Numbered from the stretch's first letter, positions 39,700 through 53,728 are shown. The stretch is DNA of 64,000 bases from Epiperipatus broadwayi (GCA_028023455.1 JAQFVV010000010.1:2418001-2482000); one strand, 5' to 3'. Made by a program: numbers and translations. The notes: generated by a model not told the origin, from the sequence alone.

Positions 39700-40800
39700 A
39701 CACCAACAAACTTCCTTATTTCTTCCATCCATCTCACATGTAATCTCTTTCTAGGTTTTTTTATAATCTCTTGGTATCAAATTTATTTCAACTATTATCA
39801 TTTTTTTTAGCAATATGTTCAACCCAACTCCATTTCAGTCTCTTAATTTTTTTAATAATGTCAATAGTATTTGTTTGTTCTCTCATCCATGTATTTCATT
39901 TTTGATCTCTTCTTGTTACTCTTAACATGCATTTCTATACATCGTTGAGGGGTCTGAAGCCTTTGTATTGTTCTTTTGTTAAGTATTTGAGTCTCAGATT
40001 CATAAATAAGAATTGGTAAAACATATTTATTAAAAACCATTCTTTTCAAATACAAAGGCATAATTCTTTTTATATTGTTATATCTACCAAAAGCACTATA
40101 TCCAAGTTTAATTGTATAATTAATTTCATCTATTATGTTTCTATCTGTATTAATTTGACCAAGGTATTTATAGTTGTCATTATTAATCTTATATTTTCTT
40201 CTTTTGAGAAAATCCGTTTCTATCTGTATTAATAATTTGACAAAGGTATTTATAGTTGTCATTATTAATCTTATATTTTCTTCTTTTGAGAAAATCCATT
40301 GAACATTATTTTTGCATTTATCTTTAGTTCTATTTTTTTTTGCTTTCATCTGATAACAATTGCAACATTTCTTAAAGCTCTGAAGCATTATTTTCAAAAA
40401 CAATTACATCTTCAAAATCTAGATAACTTCTATAATCTCCATTTACTTTTAATCACTTAGTTTTCCATTTTAATCCACAAAATACTTGTTGTAAAACTGT
40501 TGTTAAAAGTTTTAGAGGTATAGAGTCATTTTGTCATACAACTTTCTCTATTTTAATATTCTCAGTATAACTATAGAATTTAATCATGGCTGTTGAATTT
40601 CAATAAATATTTTTCAGAATATAACAATATCCTGGGCCTCTATTTTGATGATCCAGTGTTTTAATCACTGTAAAAATGGTTATAGAATCAAATGCCCTTT
40701 CATAATCCACAAATTCAAAACATAATGACAACTCATATTCATTGATTCTTTTTTTATCATACATATTTTCTAATATATTGATTAATTTCACAAATTGAAA
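39700..40800 (-). mobile_element. RTE-clade LINE 3' fragment with internal ~80-bp tandem duplication (40137-40297)
   Basis: ORFs 40600-40791 (FVDYERAFDSI) and 39861-40403 (YKYLGQ...IKLGYSAFG...KRMVFNKYVLPILIYESET) are typical RTE RT/C-terminal motifs. Confidence 0.8.
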
Positions 40801-43434
40801 ATATGTATTGCTGTCACAGATTAATTTTCAAGCAATTCATCATTTTACATTAAAAAAATCTAATTTTTAGTATGTGTGACCAAATCAAATGACATTCCTG
40901 CAGGAATCATCATGCTTGAATGTATATGAGATTGTGAGGCTTTACATTGCCCTTCTGCACCTATTTTTAATGTTATAACATTCATTTTAGACTCATTCTA
41001 ATAGAAAATTCAAGAACTAATGTAATATTGAATACTTAGTTCTAAAAATAATTCAGAGATGGTAGGAATCTTAATTAAAGTAACCACAATCAATACAAAA
41101 ACTTTTCCTTATTGTCAGCAATTGGTAGTTTTTTATTCCCACATGGTGGGCTTTCAATTTATTTTAAAAGTATTCTTTTGCTGTTTTGATTTCAAAAATA
41201 AAAACATCTAATGTACATAATTTTTGTACATATTATTGATTTTTTCCATAAAATATTTCTACATTTATTATTTTAAAATAAATGTAATTAGGTTCAGGTT
41301 CTATTTATTTTTAGAAGAAACTTCAAGACAAATTAATCATGTTACCAATGCAGCTAGTAAATGGTTGGAAAAAAAAGTTTCTTATAAACTGCTGCAAAAT
41401 TATTTCTGTCATTTTTTTAAAATTATAAATAATATTTTAAATTTTAAATAGAATTTCATTAGAATTGATTAGAATAAATGTCTCTTTTTTTTAAATTTTA
41501 AATATTTGTCAGCATTATGAATGAATGACTGATAACAATAAATCAGTCTAATTACATAATTAAATTTACTACTTTTTCTAAATTTACAGAGCTGAAATAG
41601 TATTTTGAAAAGAATTTTTTTTTTGTCCTCAAATATCTTACAAATAATTCAAAATGACTGAGATTATAATAAAGAATAAACTAAATTTAATGGAATAAAA
41701 AAATTGAAGCTTAATAAAATAATGCTAGAGGAGTCATTTAAATAATTGATCAAGCAAAAGGATTTTATGCTTGTATATATATATATCTTAAGAAATAATA
41801 ACTCTTAAAAATAATAAATATTTTTAAAATGTTGCAGATTATTAAAAAAAAATTAAAATAGTTTTACACCATTACTATTAAAAAATAATCTGTGAAATAA
41901 ATGTATTGAAAACAATGCTTTAAGATTATATGCTTCCCATCTCAAATTTTATATAACACTTTGAAGTATATAAATTATGTACATAAATATATTAAATTTC
42001 TATTTAAGTAAAAAATAAAACAATACTTATTTATTTTTTTAACTTTTTTTAATAATAGCAGTAATAGTATTCATTGTAGCTCTGTAGCTTTTTCATTAAA
42101 ATTTGTCTTTCATACAGTGTAAATATGAGTTTTTTTTTTTGATTAATTAGGGAATTCCAAGTATTAAGAAAAACTATAATTAAAGTTTAGTAGTTTTATA
42201 TGACAATGTTTGCAAGCTTCAGTTAATTCTAATTCCTATGAAAGCAACTTGTGAGCCATTCCATTGAACACTTGAGGTAACTTGAAATCCCCTAGGGAAG
42301 GATTAAAGTGCCTTTTTTTTTTTTTTTGAATGATCATATTTGCAGCCATCTGTGAAATAATTTTAAAGTTTATATTATTTCTATTAATAGAATTCAAAGT
42401 TGGAAGATATCTTTCTTGAGTGATTTGAAAACAGATAATGAAATAATTTTATTAAATTATTATTTATAATTTTCCAAAAAGTTTTTTATTTATATTTATA
42501 AAATTTATGTAATTAAAAAAAAAATGTATTGAATTTTACAGTATTTATAATAAAGATTTGAAGGCAGAAAATAATTTATGGTTAAATATTTTTTAACTTT
42601 TGTCTATTTTTATTTTCATTATATCTATTTTATACATTGTTAAATTATTATTTATGAGATTTTTTCTTGGTGCTTCTAATTTTTAGAATGTATTCTCAAA
42701 CATAAATCACTCTTTCAACAGTTAATAGAGCTAAATATTAATTGCACTAGCCCAAATATAGACAAAATTTATGCTCAAGTTAATAAAAACCCAGTGAGCT
42801 ATATGTAAACTAATATAACAAAAAGAACAGAATGAGTTGACCTATACTTTAGCTGAGATCATATAAAAGCATTCAGTTTATTCACATGTTATAATGCAGA
42901 ATAGCTTATGCATGTCTTGAAATTATGTTAATATATATAATTCACTTTCTGCATTGTAACATGTTAGTCAATTGAATACTTGTATAAAGTATAGGTGGCT
43001 CATTGTGTACTTTTTAATTTATTGATGGATTTGTATTAGTTTACATATAGTTTGCTGGCAGTTTTCAGTAACTTTCACACAAATTTTATAAATCCCTCAG
43101 GTTTTTTTTTAACTTTTCAGGCTATCCTATGAAATACAATTGCTAAATGATATGTATAGAGATATTTCTTCACTTTTGTTTTTGATTATGTTTTCATTTC
43201 TAATTAAAAAGCTATTTTCTTATGGAAAATTTTATTATAAATAATATAAATCAAGATCTGATTTTACTCAAAGCTGTAGAAATGTATTTTATTAAGTTTT
43301 CAATTGATTGTAAATGAAAGAAATTATTTTCATGGGATTTTTATTCAAATTGAATACGAACAAATTTTTTTTCATTGAATCTAGAAAAATTTGATTATAA
43401 ATAATTATATTTTAAATTATTTTACACTACTATC

Positions 43435-43545
43435 TTTTTTTTTTCTCATGTGTCATAGCATCAGCTGGGAAGCGAACCCGCTAACCCGGGACAATTACTT
43501 ATAATAAAGCAGCTGTCGCTGACCTCTCGACCACCAATGCTTGAC
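43435..43545 (-). mobile_element. tRNA-derived short SINE (family of 11772-11870)
   Basis: Minus strand: A-box-like tggtcgagagg, B-box ggttcgcttcc, then gctgatgctatgacacatgag and an A-tail. Confidence 0.65.
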
Positions 43546-45144
43546 TACATTATTATCTTTCTCCCTTGAATATTAACTTTCTGAAATATCTTCGCAAAAA
43601 TATTAGCAATTTTTTGAATTTCTTTATGCATAATTAAAACATTTCTTATAAAAGTATTTGTCTAATTCATGTACTCCTAATAATGATCAAAATATTTTAT
43701 ATCTTATATTGTCTAATTAAACATTTTAACATATTTGCCAATATCTGTTAACTTTTTTTGTAAATTACTTATTACCAGAATAATTATATATATTTTTAGG
43801 TTTAGATGAAAAGAATAATGATGAAGTTGAAGAATATAGCCTTCATTGATGTTGAATTTAAATCTCTAAAAAAATTGCAAATAGTCACTTTATTGATGTA
43901 CAGTCATGATTTAAAAAAAAAAAATGCATAAGAAACAGCCAAACAAACACAATCAAAAAAATCATGTAATTTTTTACAATATATACTTCTATTCAGACAA
44001 ATCATACAGTGTTAAATGAATATAAATGTACATAATCTGAACTTAATATTTTGCCAATTTATTTTATTGAATCATTATGTTTTGACAATATCTTATTAAG
44101 AATAGTAATGTCATCCAAAGCTGAAAATGATGGTTTTTTTTTTAACTTAAAGATTATTCTTATTAATTTTGTTTTTTTATTAAAAAAATTCAATCAATTT
44201 TTTGCTGAAACCATCCATATAGTATATCCATTCACAATAAAAACCATTTATATCTATATCATTATTAAAGATCAGTTTATTATATTCTTATCTTATGCAA
44301 ACATTATTTGTTTGACTATGCAGTTCTTTAAATTATAGCATTTTTTAACATTATAAAAATCATTTTTTGAGGCAATATTAAATATAATTAATTATTATTA
44401 ACTTATTAGATCTATGTTTTTCAGTAAAAAATAAAATTTAACATCAGACATTTTTATAAATTTTATGAACTTATTATGAAATCTATTCTTATTTTATTTC
44501 TGTTCCATATTTTTAAAAGTATAATGTAAAGCAGGCTTTTTTTAAAAATTTTATTTGTGAAAATAAAAATCTCTCTTCTATTATATATAACAGTTAGTGT
44601 GTAACCCCCCCCCCCCCTTAATATAAATTTAAAAAAAAAATCTTCAAAATATAACCCTAATTCCACATGTGAATTTGTAGATCTTACTTTTCATTTAAGA
44701 TATAATTCAAAATTATCATAAAGCTTATATATTTTATTGTATTTCTTTAGAGTTGTTTGAAAGTGAAATTATACAACTTTTATTAATATTTATAATCATT
44801 TTTTTAAATTTTATATCATTTTACAATACCATCTGAGTCTTTTTGTAGCAATATCAGATTGTCACATTTTATTATCATCAGTTTATGTCAAGAAATCAAA
44901 CTAATTTATATATATCAGGCATGTATAGCTTAAAGAGAAAGGAGAGTTAGAATAACTCCCTATCTTAATATTCAAACCATGTGAATGTTTCCTACTATTC
45001 TATAAGAAATTAAAAAAAAAAAATCTAAACCTGTTAATGGTTTATTATATATGCCTGAAGTCTCTAATTTCTTTAATAAAGTTTCATGATCAACAAATCA
45101 AAAGCAAATGATAAATCTATATATATTTTAACTTTTCTATATGA

Positions 45145-45340
45145 TGTTCTGGACCACTTGATGAGTGCTGGTTCAATATGAAATCATATATTGGAGATCA
45201 TTTATTTTTTTCACTTGTATGGTTATGTGTATTAGTTATATGAATTAGATTGGATAGTTGAAAGGAGCTTGAAAGTTTGTGTTCAAATCCCCTATAATTA
45301 TATCTAAACTCCAGGGATATAAAGTACTGTATACCTGTAT
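45145..45340 (+). mobile_element. Solo, degenerate fragment of the 480-bp retrozyme-like family
   Basis: ctggaccac TTGATGA GTGCT ggttc aatat GAAA tcata TA ttgg followed by a tgtgttcaaatccc B-box remnant aligns to the 13.0-13.25 kb unit. The core C3 is mutated. Confidence 0.7.
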
Positions 45341-46344
45341 TTAAATATATCTATGATCTTATATAGTGATCAGATATAGAATTACAGATTTTTAAACAAA
45401 AAATTATACCGAGGAATATACTGTGTATACATAATTATGGATATATCTTAAATATTTTTTACAATGTAGGAAGCACAGAAATAAGCTTATTAGTTTCAGG
45501 ATTAACCCAATTTTTGCTTTAAATACAGATATTAGTCTAATGATTTTTAATGAAATTTAAGATTCATATATTAATTTTAAATTAGTTATATTAAATATTC
45601 AATATAAGGATAAAAGTTGGAGTTTCAAAAAAGATAATTTTAAGTTTTCTAACAGCATTTATTATATGTTCTATTTTTTTCTTTAGCTATAAATAAATTT
45701 ATTATTGGATGAGTTATATCATCTTGAGCTAATTTGTTAATCAATTTTCTACACTTAAAGTAGTAAAGTAGTCATGTTTTAAATATATTTGGTCAAAAAT
45801 TGAAAGAAATATATTTTAAGTCAGGTTAATTATATTTCATTGAAAAATTTATTTTAATTTTTTATTGATGTTCAATAAAGTTCAGCTTCTGTTCTTATTG
45901 ATTTTATAGATAGATATATGTTCTTACCTATATATTCAAATTAGTTCAATGTAAGATGTCTTTTTGTCAGTGAAACACCTATAAGGTCTACTATTGTGAT
46001 TCCTTATGTTATCTTTACTTTGTTAATCAACTCCTGATTAAATTTGAAACATACAAATATATTTTTATTGAGTAATTGTTAATATGTATAATTATAATAT
46101 GTGATTATTAAATCTATTCTTGTCATTGCTTTTTTAATGCTAAGGACTTTTCATATTTGTACTTACATATAAAAGATTGAGTCAAAATTGCTGTAAAAGA
46201 TGGAAATATTACAGAAGTATATATCTCTTTGTTGCAATTAATGCAGGGGAAAGATTACTGGCATGAAAGACATGATGATTAAACTCTTTAACATCTTTAT
46301 ATCATGTTTAGTTTAATGCAGAGGTAGAGTACCAAATTCTAGAG

Positions 46345-47970
46345 CAGTGGTCTTCAACCTTTTCACACCTGTGGACCCGAAAAAATAAGGATAAGATTTT
46401 GCGGACCAGCAGAAGTTTACAGGTAAATTTTCTTAAAGATGTAACCTGCTTAGCCTTAGATAAGCATAATTGTTATAACTGACCAAAACAGCACACTAGT
46501 TATTGTGTATTGTAATGGTGTTCCTTACCTTCACATGCTGAACACTCTCGAGTTGCGTAGTCATACTGCTATAGAAAACAGTACAATAACAATCATTCTC
46601 ATTAATGGGCTTGCATTTCTACATTTATTATTTTATTGTTAAAACATGCAAGAATAAAATGCTATTCATCTGAATGTTGGGAAATATTGCAGCTAGTGTA
46701 ATTATATGACAATGATTATGATAAATGTAATATCTGTATTTAATGTTAAATATACAAGATGAAGTTATATATATATGGAGGTTATCTTTTGAGAGTAGTA
46801 AGGACAAAATAGAAATCGTGTAATTAAAATCACCATACAGCCAAAAAAAAAAAGTCGCCACATTTTAAATCTGAAAAAGTAAAATGAAACGTGTAAAAGT
46901 CTGAAGTTTTGGTGTTATTGTAATTTTTTTTTGTGTTGAAAGGATCAAAAAATGTAATTAATAGGAAAAGTTTTTTTAAAATATGGCAAAATAGACATCG
47001 CGTAATAGAAATAAAGCCAAAAAAAAATATTGCCGTATAGTCGCCGTCTTTTAAAACAAAAAGACAACGAAAGTTGAAAAAGTCAAAAGTTTTGATCTTA
47101 TTTTAATTTTTTTGGAAGGGAGGGGGAGTGGTTTGAGAAATACTTTGTCTTCACTGAGACAAAATATAGAGACCCAAGTTATTTTTTGTTTGTTTTTATT
47201 TTTAAAAAAAGGTAACAGAAATTGGTTTTAAAAATAAAAGTTTTAGTATATTAGCGGTATACAAATAAGGCCAAAAAAAATATCACCTTATAGGACAAAA
47301 AAAAGTGGGCATATTTTTAAACAAAAAAAAAAACGGAACTTGAAAAAGTCAAAAGTTTTGATTTTACTTTATTTTGGGGTGGGAGTGGTGGATTGAGAAA
47401 TACTTCGTAAAAGTTAAAGACAGGTTATTTTTTGGTTTTTATTTTTAAAAAAAGGTAATAAAAATTGATTTCAAAAATAATTAAGGCCAAAAAAAACTAC
47501 TAAAAATGAAATATTAAAAGAGGAGGTTGAAAAAATTTAAGAGATCAAAAAAAGTCACCGTATTTTTAAAATCGTGGCCCGGTAAGGTTACATTTTATTG
47601 TTTAACAATGCCGACAAGCGGCCGTGATTGGCTATCAAAAGACAAACGGAGTTTGTATAATAAAAAACTTTTTTTTTTTTAATTTGGAATTTTTTTAGAA
47701 AAATAATAAAAAATTTAATTCTACCCCCCCCCCCCCAAATAAACATCTGTGATAAATAGAAAAACAAATTAATTTATGAATGATTGATTAGATTTTGTTT
47801 TTGTTTTGTTTCTTTTTTTTTAATCAGTTAAAAATGCGATGAAAAAATAAATAAAAATTGTTTATATTAATTAAAAATTTAAAATCTTATTATTTTGTTA
47901 TTACAAACTTTCTTGCCAGTCTAGCACAGACCGGTAGAAAACTTCTGTGGGCGGTGGTTGAAGACCACTG
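46345..47970. mobile_element. Non-autonomous hAT (Charlie-type) element with internal degenerate ~200-bp repeats
   Basis: Perfect 15-bp TIRs CAGTGGTCTTCAACC / GGTTGAAGACCACTG and an 8-bp TSD ttctagag / ttttagag (1 mismatch). Repeated aagccaaaaaaaaa...gtcgcc...ttttaaa blocks span 46840-47570, and CpGs are retained. Confidence 0.9.
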
Positions 47971-49663
47971 TTTTAGAGTGATAAGGTCTTTAGATTCATT
48001 CCAATTCTGATACTTCTGACATTTGAACTTCTTACAAACTCCAAGCAATAAAAACATTTGATTATTTATTTATTTATAATCTATATGACTGAGATAATAA
48101 AGTTAAAAAAAGAAGAGAAAATGAGAGAATATTTTTAGTATAAAAATAGCATTTAGCTTTAGATGAGGCAACATATTGGCGTTCAAAGCAGCAGGAAATA
48201 TTTTAGATGAGGACTATTATTGATTATTCAGATTCAGCCATTGTACCTGAAGGTTATGTCATCATTTCTTATTATATGATCTGTTGCTAGATTGAGTTCA
48301 GAACCTGGTATTAATATATGTTCTTTGAGAAGAGTTAACTTAAAATATATAAGTAATAGGGAATTATGACCAAGTTATAACATGATTGGGGCTATTGATA
48401 GTTTTTTTTATTTGCTACTTTTTCTTAATACAGTTTATTTTGCCATTTCATGTTTAAAGCTCCATTGTAAATTAAAATAATTAGCCCTGTCATTTAATAC
48501 TTCATTAAATAATTTTACAGGCAAGGCAAATTAAAATTACTGTTGTGTAAATTTTTTTCTTGTATATTTTAAAATATATACGAAATATTCTTTTTAAGAA
48601 AAAATAAACTTGTATAAAATCCAGGGATAGATATTTTAATTCAAAATCAGATTTATTATTGTATTTTTAAATAGGATTTTGTAAAATGGTTTTTCATAAA
48701 ATATTTTTTAATTTTTTTTTTAAAAAATATTTAATTGAATAATGAAATAAAATCAAAATGATTTTTTTTTTAAAAAAAAAAATCTGTTAGAAATATCTTG
48801 GAAGTTAATTATTTAAAATTTAAAGTTAATGACTGACAAAAAGCCTGCAGTGGTTTTCTTCAAAAATTATAAATTTTGAAATGAAATGTTTCTTAAATGA
48901 CTTTAATGATTAAAGTAAAACAAAAAATGTTAAAAGTTATTATTTAAAGATGTTTAGTCTTTTATTTTTCACATGATTAATGACTAGCGGCATTATTTAC
49001 CACCAATTAAAATTTAATTAATCCCACACATTAATTTATTTAAACTAACAACAGTGTAACTTTTTTTATTTGTTCATGTATATGCACTTTTTTCTCACTT
49101 TGGTAAATGTTTTTTTATATGTATGGGTGTGATTGATCTCATGCATGCTTAAGCATTTTATTAATACTTCTAATCAAGAATTGATATTGTAATGGTATAA
49201 TGTTATTAAAATTATTATCTATTAATGAACAAATGCCTTAACATTTTCAGATACCATTTTTTTATAATGGTATAAAGATATATAATATGAAATAAATAAC
49301 TTACTTTAAACAGTTGAAATGTCAAATTGTACTAGCATGAATTATCTATAAACTAATGATTAAATAAACATAAATTTTGAAAATAGAAATAATGTTGATT
49401 ACTAATTTATATCAGTTTAAACAAACATAAATATATGAACTTAACCAATTAGTGTTTAATAAGACATTAGCTTAACTTTTAATATGTATTCATTCATTCT
49501 AGTCAATGAAATGTAAATGAAAAAATATTAAAATAATACTATAAATTATTAAAAGTTATAAATCTTTTATTTAATATTTTGGCTAGTTGAATATTTAATA
49601 TGAAAATATTATATATAGAGTAAGTTAAAAACAAACTCTTATGAAGCTTCAAAAATACCCTCA

Positions 49664-49705
49664 ACCTCAGACCACGGTTTCTGCCTCTAGCGTCATCAGT
49701 GAGGT
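49664..49705 (-). ncRNA. Minimal type I hammerhead ribozyme (mirror copy)
   Basis: Reverse-complement copy of 49854-49895 with stem III ccgtgg (a CpG-to-TpG change). Confidence 0.72.
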
Positions 49706-49853
49706 GCTAGGGAATAAAAATACTAGAACTAGTCCAGCATTTTATCAATCTGAAACTTTCAGACATTTAAATGTCTGAAAGTTTCAGATTTTCTTCTCAA
49801 TAGTTAGGCATTGATAAAATGCTGGACTAGTTCTAGTATTTTTATTCCCTAGC

Positions 49854-49895
49854 ACCTCACTGATGACGCTAGAGGCAGAAACCGCGGTCTGAGGT
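49854..49895 (+). ncRNA. Minimal type I hammerhead ribozyme
   Basis: acctca CTGATGA cgctagaggca GAAA ccgcgg TC tgaggt. 6-bp stem I, palindromic stem III, GUC cleavage after C49889. Stem II is short with a C-A mismatch at 10.1/11.1. Confidence 0.78.
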
Positions 49896-52800
49896 TGAGG
49901 GTATTTTTGAAGCTTCATAAGAGTTTGTTTTTAACTTACTCTATATATAACATTTGTAAATAGGAGCTTTATTAAAATTAGGTCATCTGACTTGATTTTT
50001 TATCAATATGAAAATAAAATATGTAGAGACTTATTGAAGCATAATGTGATCAAATAAACTATGAATAGTCAAGAGATTAAATTTTAAATAATAAATTATT
50101 GATATGAGAAACATAATAAATAAACAATAAAATATATAAATTAATAAATGAATGAAATAATCTGGATTAGATATTTGATTATGAATTAAAAATTGATAAT
50201 ATGATTGCAATGATACACTAATTAAGCAGAAAGAAAAATATATGTAAAAAAACTAAGTCTGTTTAATTTGTTTCATGGGTTTTCCATACAATCATAAATG
50301 GAAGATTAACAATTTAGGTACAAAATTATATTATCATCAAGATATATGAAGTATACTTTATCCTAGGTATAATTTGAAAATACATTTAAAATCTATTGAT
50401 TTTCAAATATATATAAATAATGGAAGCAAACAAACATATTGTAAAATTTTAAAAAACATTTAAAATTAATAGAAAGATATATTTTGTTTTAAAAATCTAA
50501 GTTTTCTTTTTGATTAATGTATATTTACTGTAATATAAACAAACACATACATTCTACAGTAAATAAATATATAATGAAAACATATGACCTGGTTAACTTT
50601 TCCAAGAATCTGGATATTTCTTAATTAAAAACTTCATTAAAAAGCATATTTATTAATAGATATTAACAGGACAATATTTGTAGCAACACTATAAAATTAA
50701 AGTCCATAAGTCCTGAGATCCTTGATTAATATTCATAGTATATATTATGTAAGCAATTATATTTGAAGTTCAATCATATTCTAATGACAGTGTTCAAAAC
50801 ATAATTTTATTGACTGGAATGAATTAAGCATTTTAAGTAAGATAATCCATAATAAAATATTGAGACATTAATGTTTTTACTTTTATATGAATAATAGCAC
50901 TATTTAATCCTTTGGTAATTTTATAATAACACTGCCATAGTATCACAAAATTAATCCATAATAAATTCAAAATTGTATTCTTTAATTATATTAGAACCTG
51001 TAGACATTAATAGTAGAACCAGTAGACATGACAGCACTAAGAATATTCTGTGAATTTCTGTGTTCCTGTGGCATGACAAATGCATTGTATATTGAGATGA
51101 TTTATTCCAAGATATTAATAGATCTCTCAAAAGACAGAAGCCTTTTGGAGCAAATGTTTTTTCTTTGTTTAGCTATTCATTTTTATAGTAAAATACAACT
51201 TTTAACATTATACATAACACATTGACTTTGCTTATTTGAAATGCAGATTAAGAGAGGGTCTTGATCTAAAATTAGAGGCTTTTAGATCACTATCTTAGAT
51301 ATTGTTTCTATGGTTTCACTCGTTTCACTCAAAGATAGTTTATTTAAGCAATTCAGTGCTCATGAACTAAAAATGTTTTTTAACTTTGTAATAAATAAAG
51401 TTTTTTTTTTTTCATAAAAAAATAATACTAAAATATATCTGCAAATTAATAACTTTTTTTTTAATTTGAAAAAATATTTTTCTTTTCTTGTGCTCACAGT
51501 AATTTATATATATAAAAGTTTTGAATGTTTAATTAAAAAAAGTTAATGCAGTTTTTATTATTGTTATAATTTTTTTGAACATGCTTTCAATATTAGGATC
51601 AGAAACATAGCAAATTATAACAATAATATAAACCTATCACCATTTCTTGGTTAAAAGTTCAAAACTTGAATGTTATATCAATATCTTTTTTTTTAAAAGA
51701 AATCACAATTTAAGTAAAATATAAATATGCTTTTTATATTTATTTATTCAATATATTATATCTATAATTTTTAAAAATACATATTAAAATAATTATATAT
51801 AAATAATATTTTAAAATACATATGATTTCATATTATTTTAATAGTATTAACGCAATGCACCTACACATGTGTACACACACTAAATAATAATTATTTTATG
51901 TTTATTTAGGTTCATTTATTATTTGTTAAATGTATGAAGTAAAACAAATGAATATTTCAATATATACTTCAATTTAGTCAATCTTTCTAATAGTAAAATA
52001 TTAACTTTATTACAATATACAATTTAATATACTATCTGTTGAGAACAATTAAAATTCACAAATGTTATATTATGATGGATTACCAATAACAATTTATTAA
52101 TATAGTAAGCTATTGATCCTTTTAAAACAATTGAAAAATAAATTAAACCAATGAAGTTTTTTTTTTTAGGAATATATTGATTCTGGGTTTAAATCTAGAC
52201 CAATAGCAACATTTTAGGAATGGTAAAATTATTATATGGGATTTTGAAATGTGACAGTTCATATATTTAATAGATGAAGATAAATGTATATCTAAAAATA
52301 GCGGACAACTAAATCAAGTTCTTGCTTGTTATTATATGTTGTCACCACCAGGTAATTATGTGAAAGCCATTTTTCTATTTATAAAATTTTTCAATCTAGT
52401 ATAGCAACAAGTTTACAGTTGCTTTTTTCTGCTCTGTTTGAAATGATATATTGCTGTTATGAGAATGTTCATTGGTTGCCAAATCAACGTGTATTATTGT
52501 TGCCCAATATTAAGAAAATTTTTTTTTTTATGGTTTAGTGCTGTGGTAGAATAGTGGACTCAAGAGCTAAAAGTTCTTAGATCAACTATCACCTAAGTGC
52601 TCAAATATCTATGACCTTCTGATTAGAAAAATTTTAAGAAAAAAGTAAAACAAGAAATTTAAAGCAGAGTAGAAGTGAAGATAAGAAAAAATAACACCAT
52701 CTTATTTTTGAAGATTTTTTTTAGAGAAAATGGAAACTCAATATAGGTTTCAGTATAAAATGAGAGATATAATTTTGAAATTACAGTGCGTATATGTACA

Positions 52801-53728
52801 CACACATTTTATTCACAATATGATAATTCACTTTCAGTACAGTTCAAGACATTTAATGTAACTATTATATGTTGAACAATTGTATAGTATTAAGAATTTT
52901 AAAAATTGAAAATAATCAAGTTTTACATTATTTTCAAGAAATAATAGATAATGTAAATTGTTAAGATTTTTTTAATATGAAATAAAAATGTATATTTTGT
53001 TACAAATAATAAATAAATCTAATAAATAACAGATTGATAATTTAAATGTTTTTATTAAGTAATAAAAAAAATAATGATATTGATTATAAAATGTTAATAA
53101 TTAAAGATTTGTTAGAAAGCATTTATTATGTGCCTGGCATTGATTAATATAATGCTGTTTTAATTCAGATATTTAATTGCAGATTAAAAATATTTTTTAT
53201 CTTCTGATAAATTAAAGGATGTGTATTTCATTTTAAAACAACTTTAAAACTATCATATTTATTTAACACTATAGGTGAACCATGATATCCATTGTTTTGT
53301 TCCAAGCCAACCCCCCACCTCACTTACATGATACATAGTAGATAATAACTCATATTTTGCTTTTGTTCAATCATTTATAAAATAGCACAGATCTTTTTTT
53401 AAGGATATAATATGATATACATATAAGATTATAGGATAAACAAAAATTAAAAAAAAATAATGTTATTAATAATAAATTCAAAAAGCACATTTACCTATAT
53501 ATTTACTATGTGCCTTTTTACTCATTCACATTTTCTCAAAAAATAATAATTATATCTATCTTACTGTACTCTAATTTTTTAAAAAATAAAATGGGCAGCA
53601 AAGTGTCATATTCTTCTTAAAGATTTAAAGCTTTCTGATGTAAAATAAATGTCTACCAGAAATATTTTAAATGTCTACCAGAAATATTTTATTAGCTCAT
53701 ATTTGTTAACCATTAACAAAAAATTATG

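Larger units (their letters stand above)
49609..49950. mobile_element. 342-bp palindrome: two head-to-head 141-bp HHR-bearing arms (Penelope pLTR-like)
   Basis: Arms 49609-49749 and 49810-49950 are reverse complements with 1 mismatch. The spacer and arm edge contain a perfect 44-bp palindrome (49747-49790). Confidence 0.9.

Noticed and set aside
48160-48252. Exon-like segment after ttttag as Girdin exon 4
   Set aside because: All frames from the first acceptor hit stops, and the short alternative peptide MRTIIDYSDSAIVPE does not resemble CCDC88.
52170-52351. WD40-like NGKIIIWDFE and an exon-like DEDKCISK...MLSPP segment with a gtaatt donor
   Set aside because: In-frame stops or a frameshift are needed, the donor for the first part is weak, it has no similarity to Girdin exon 4 and no partner exons were found.
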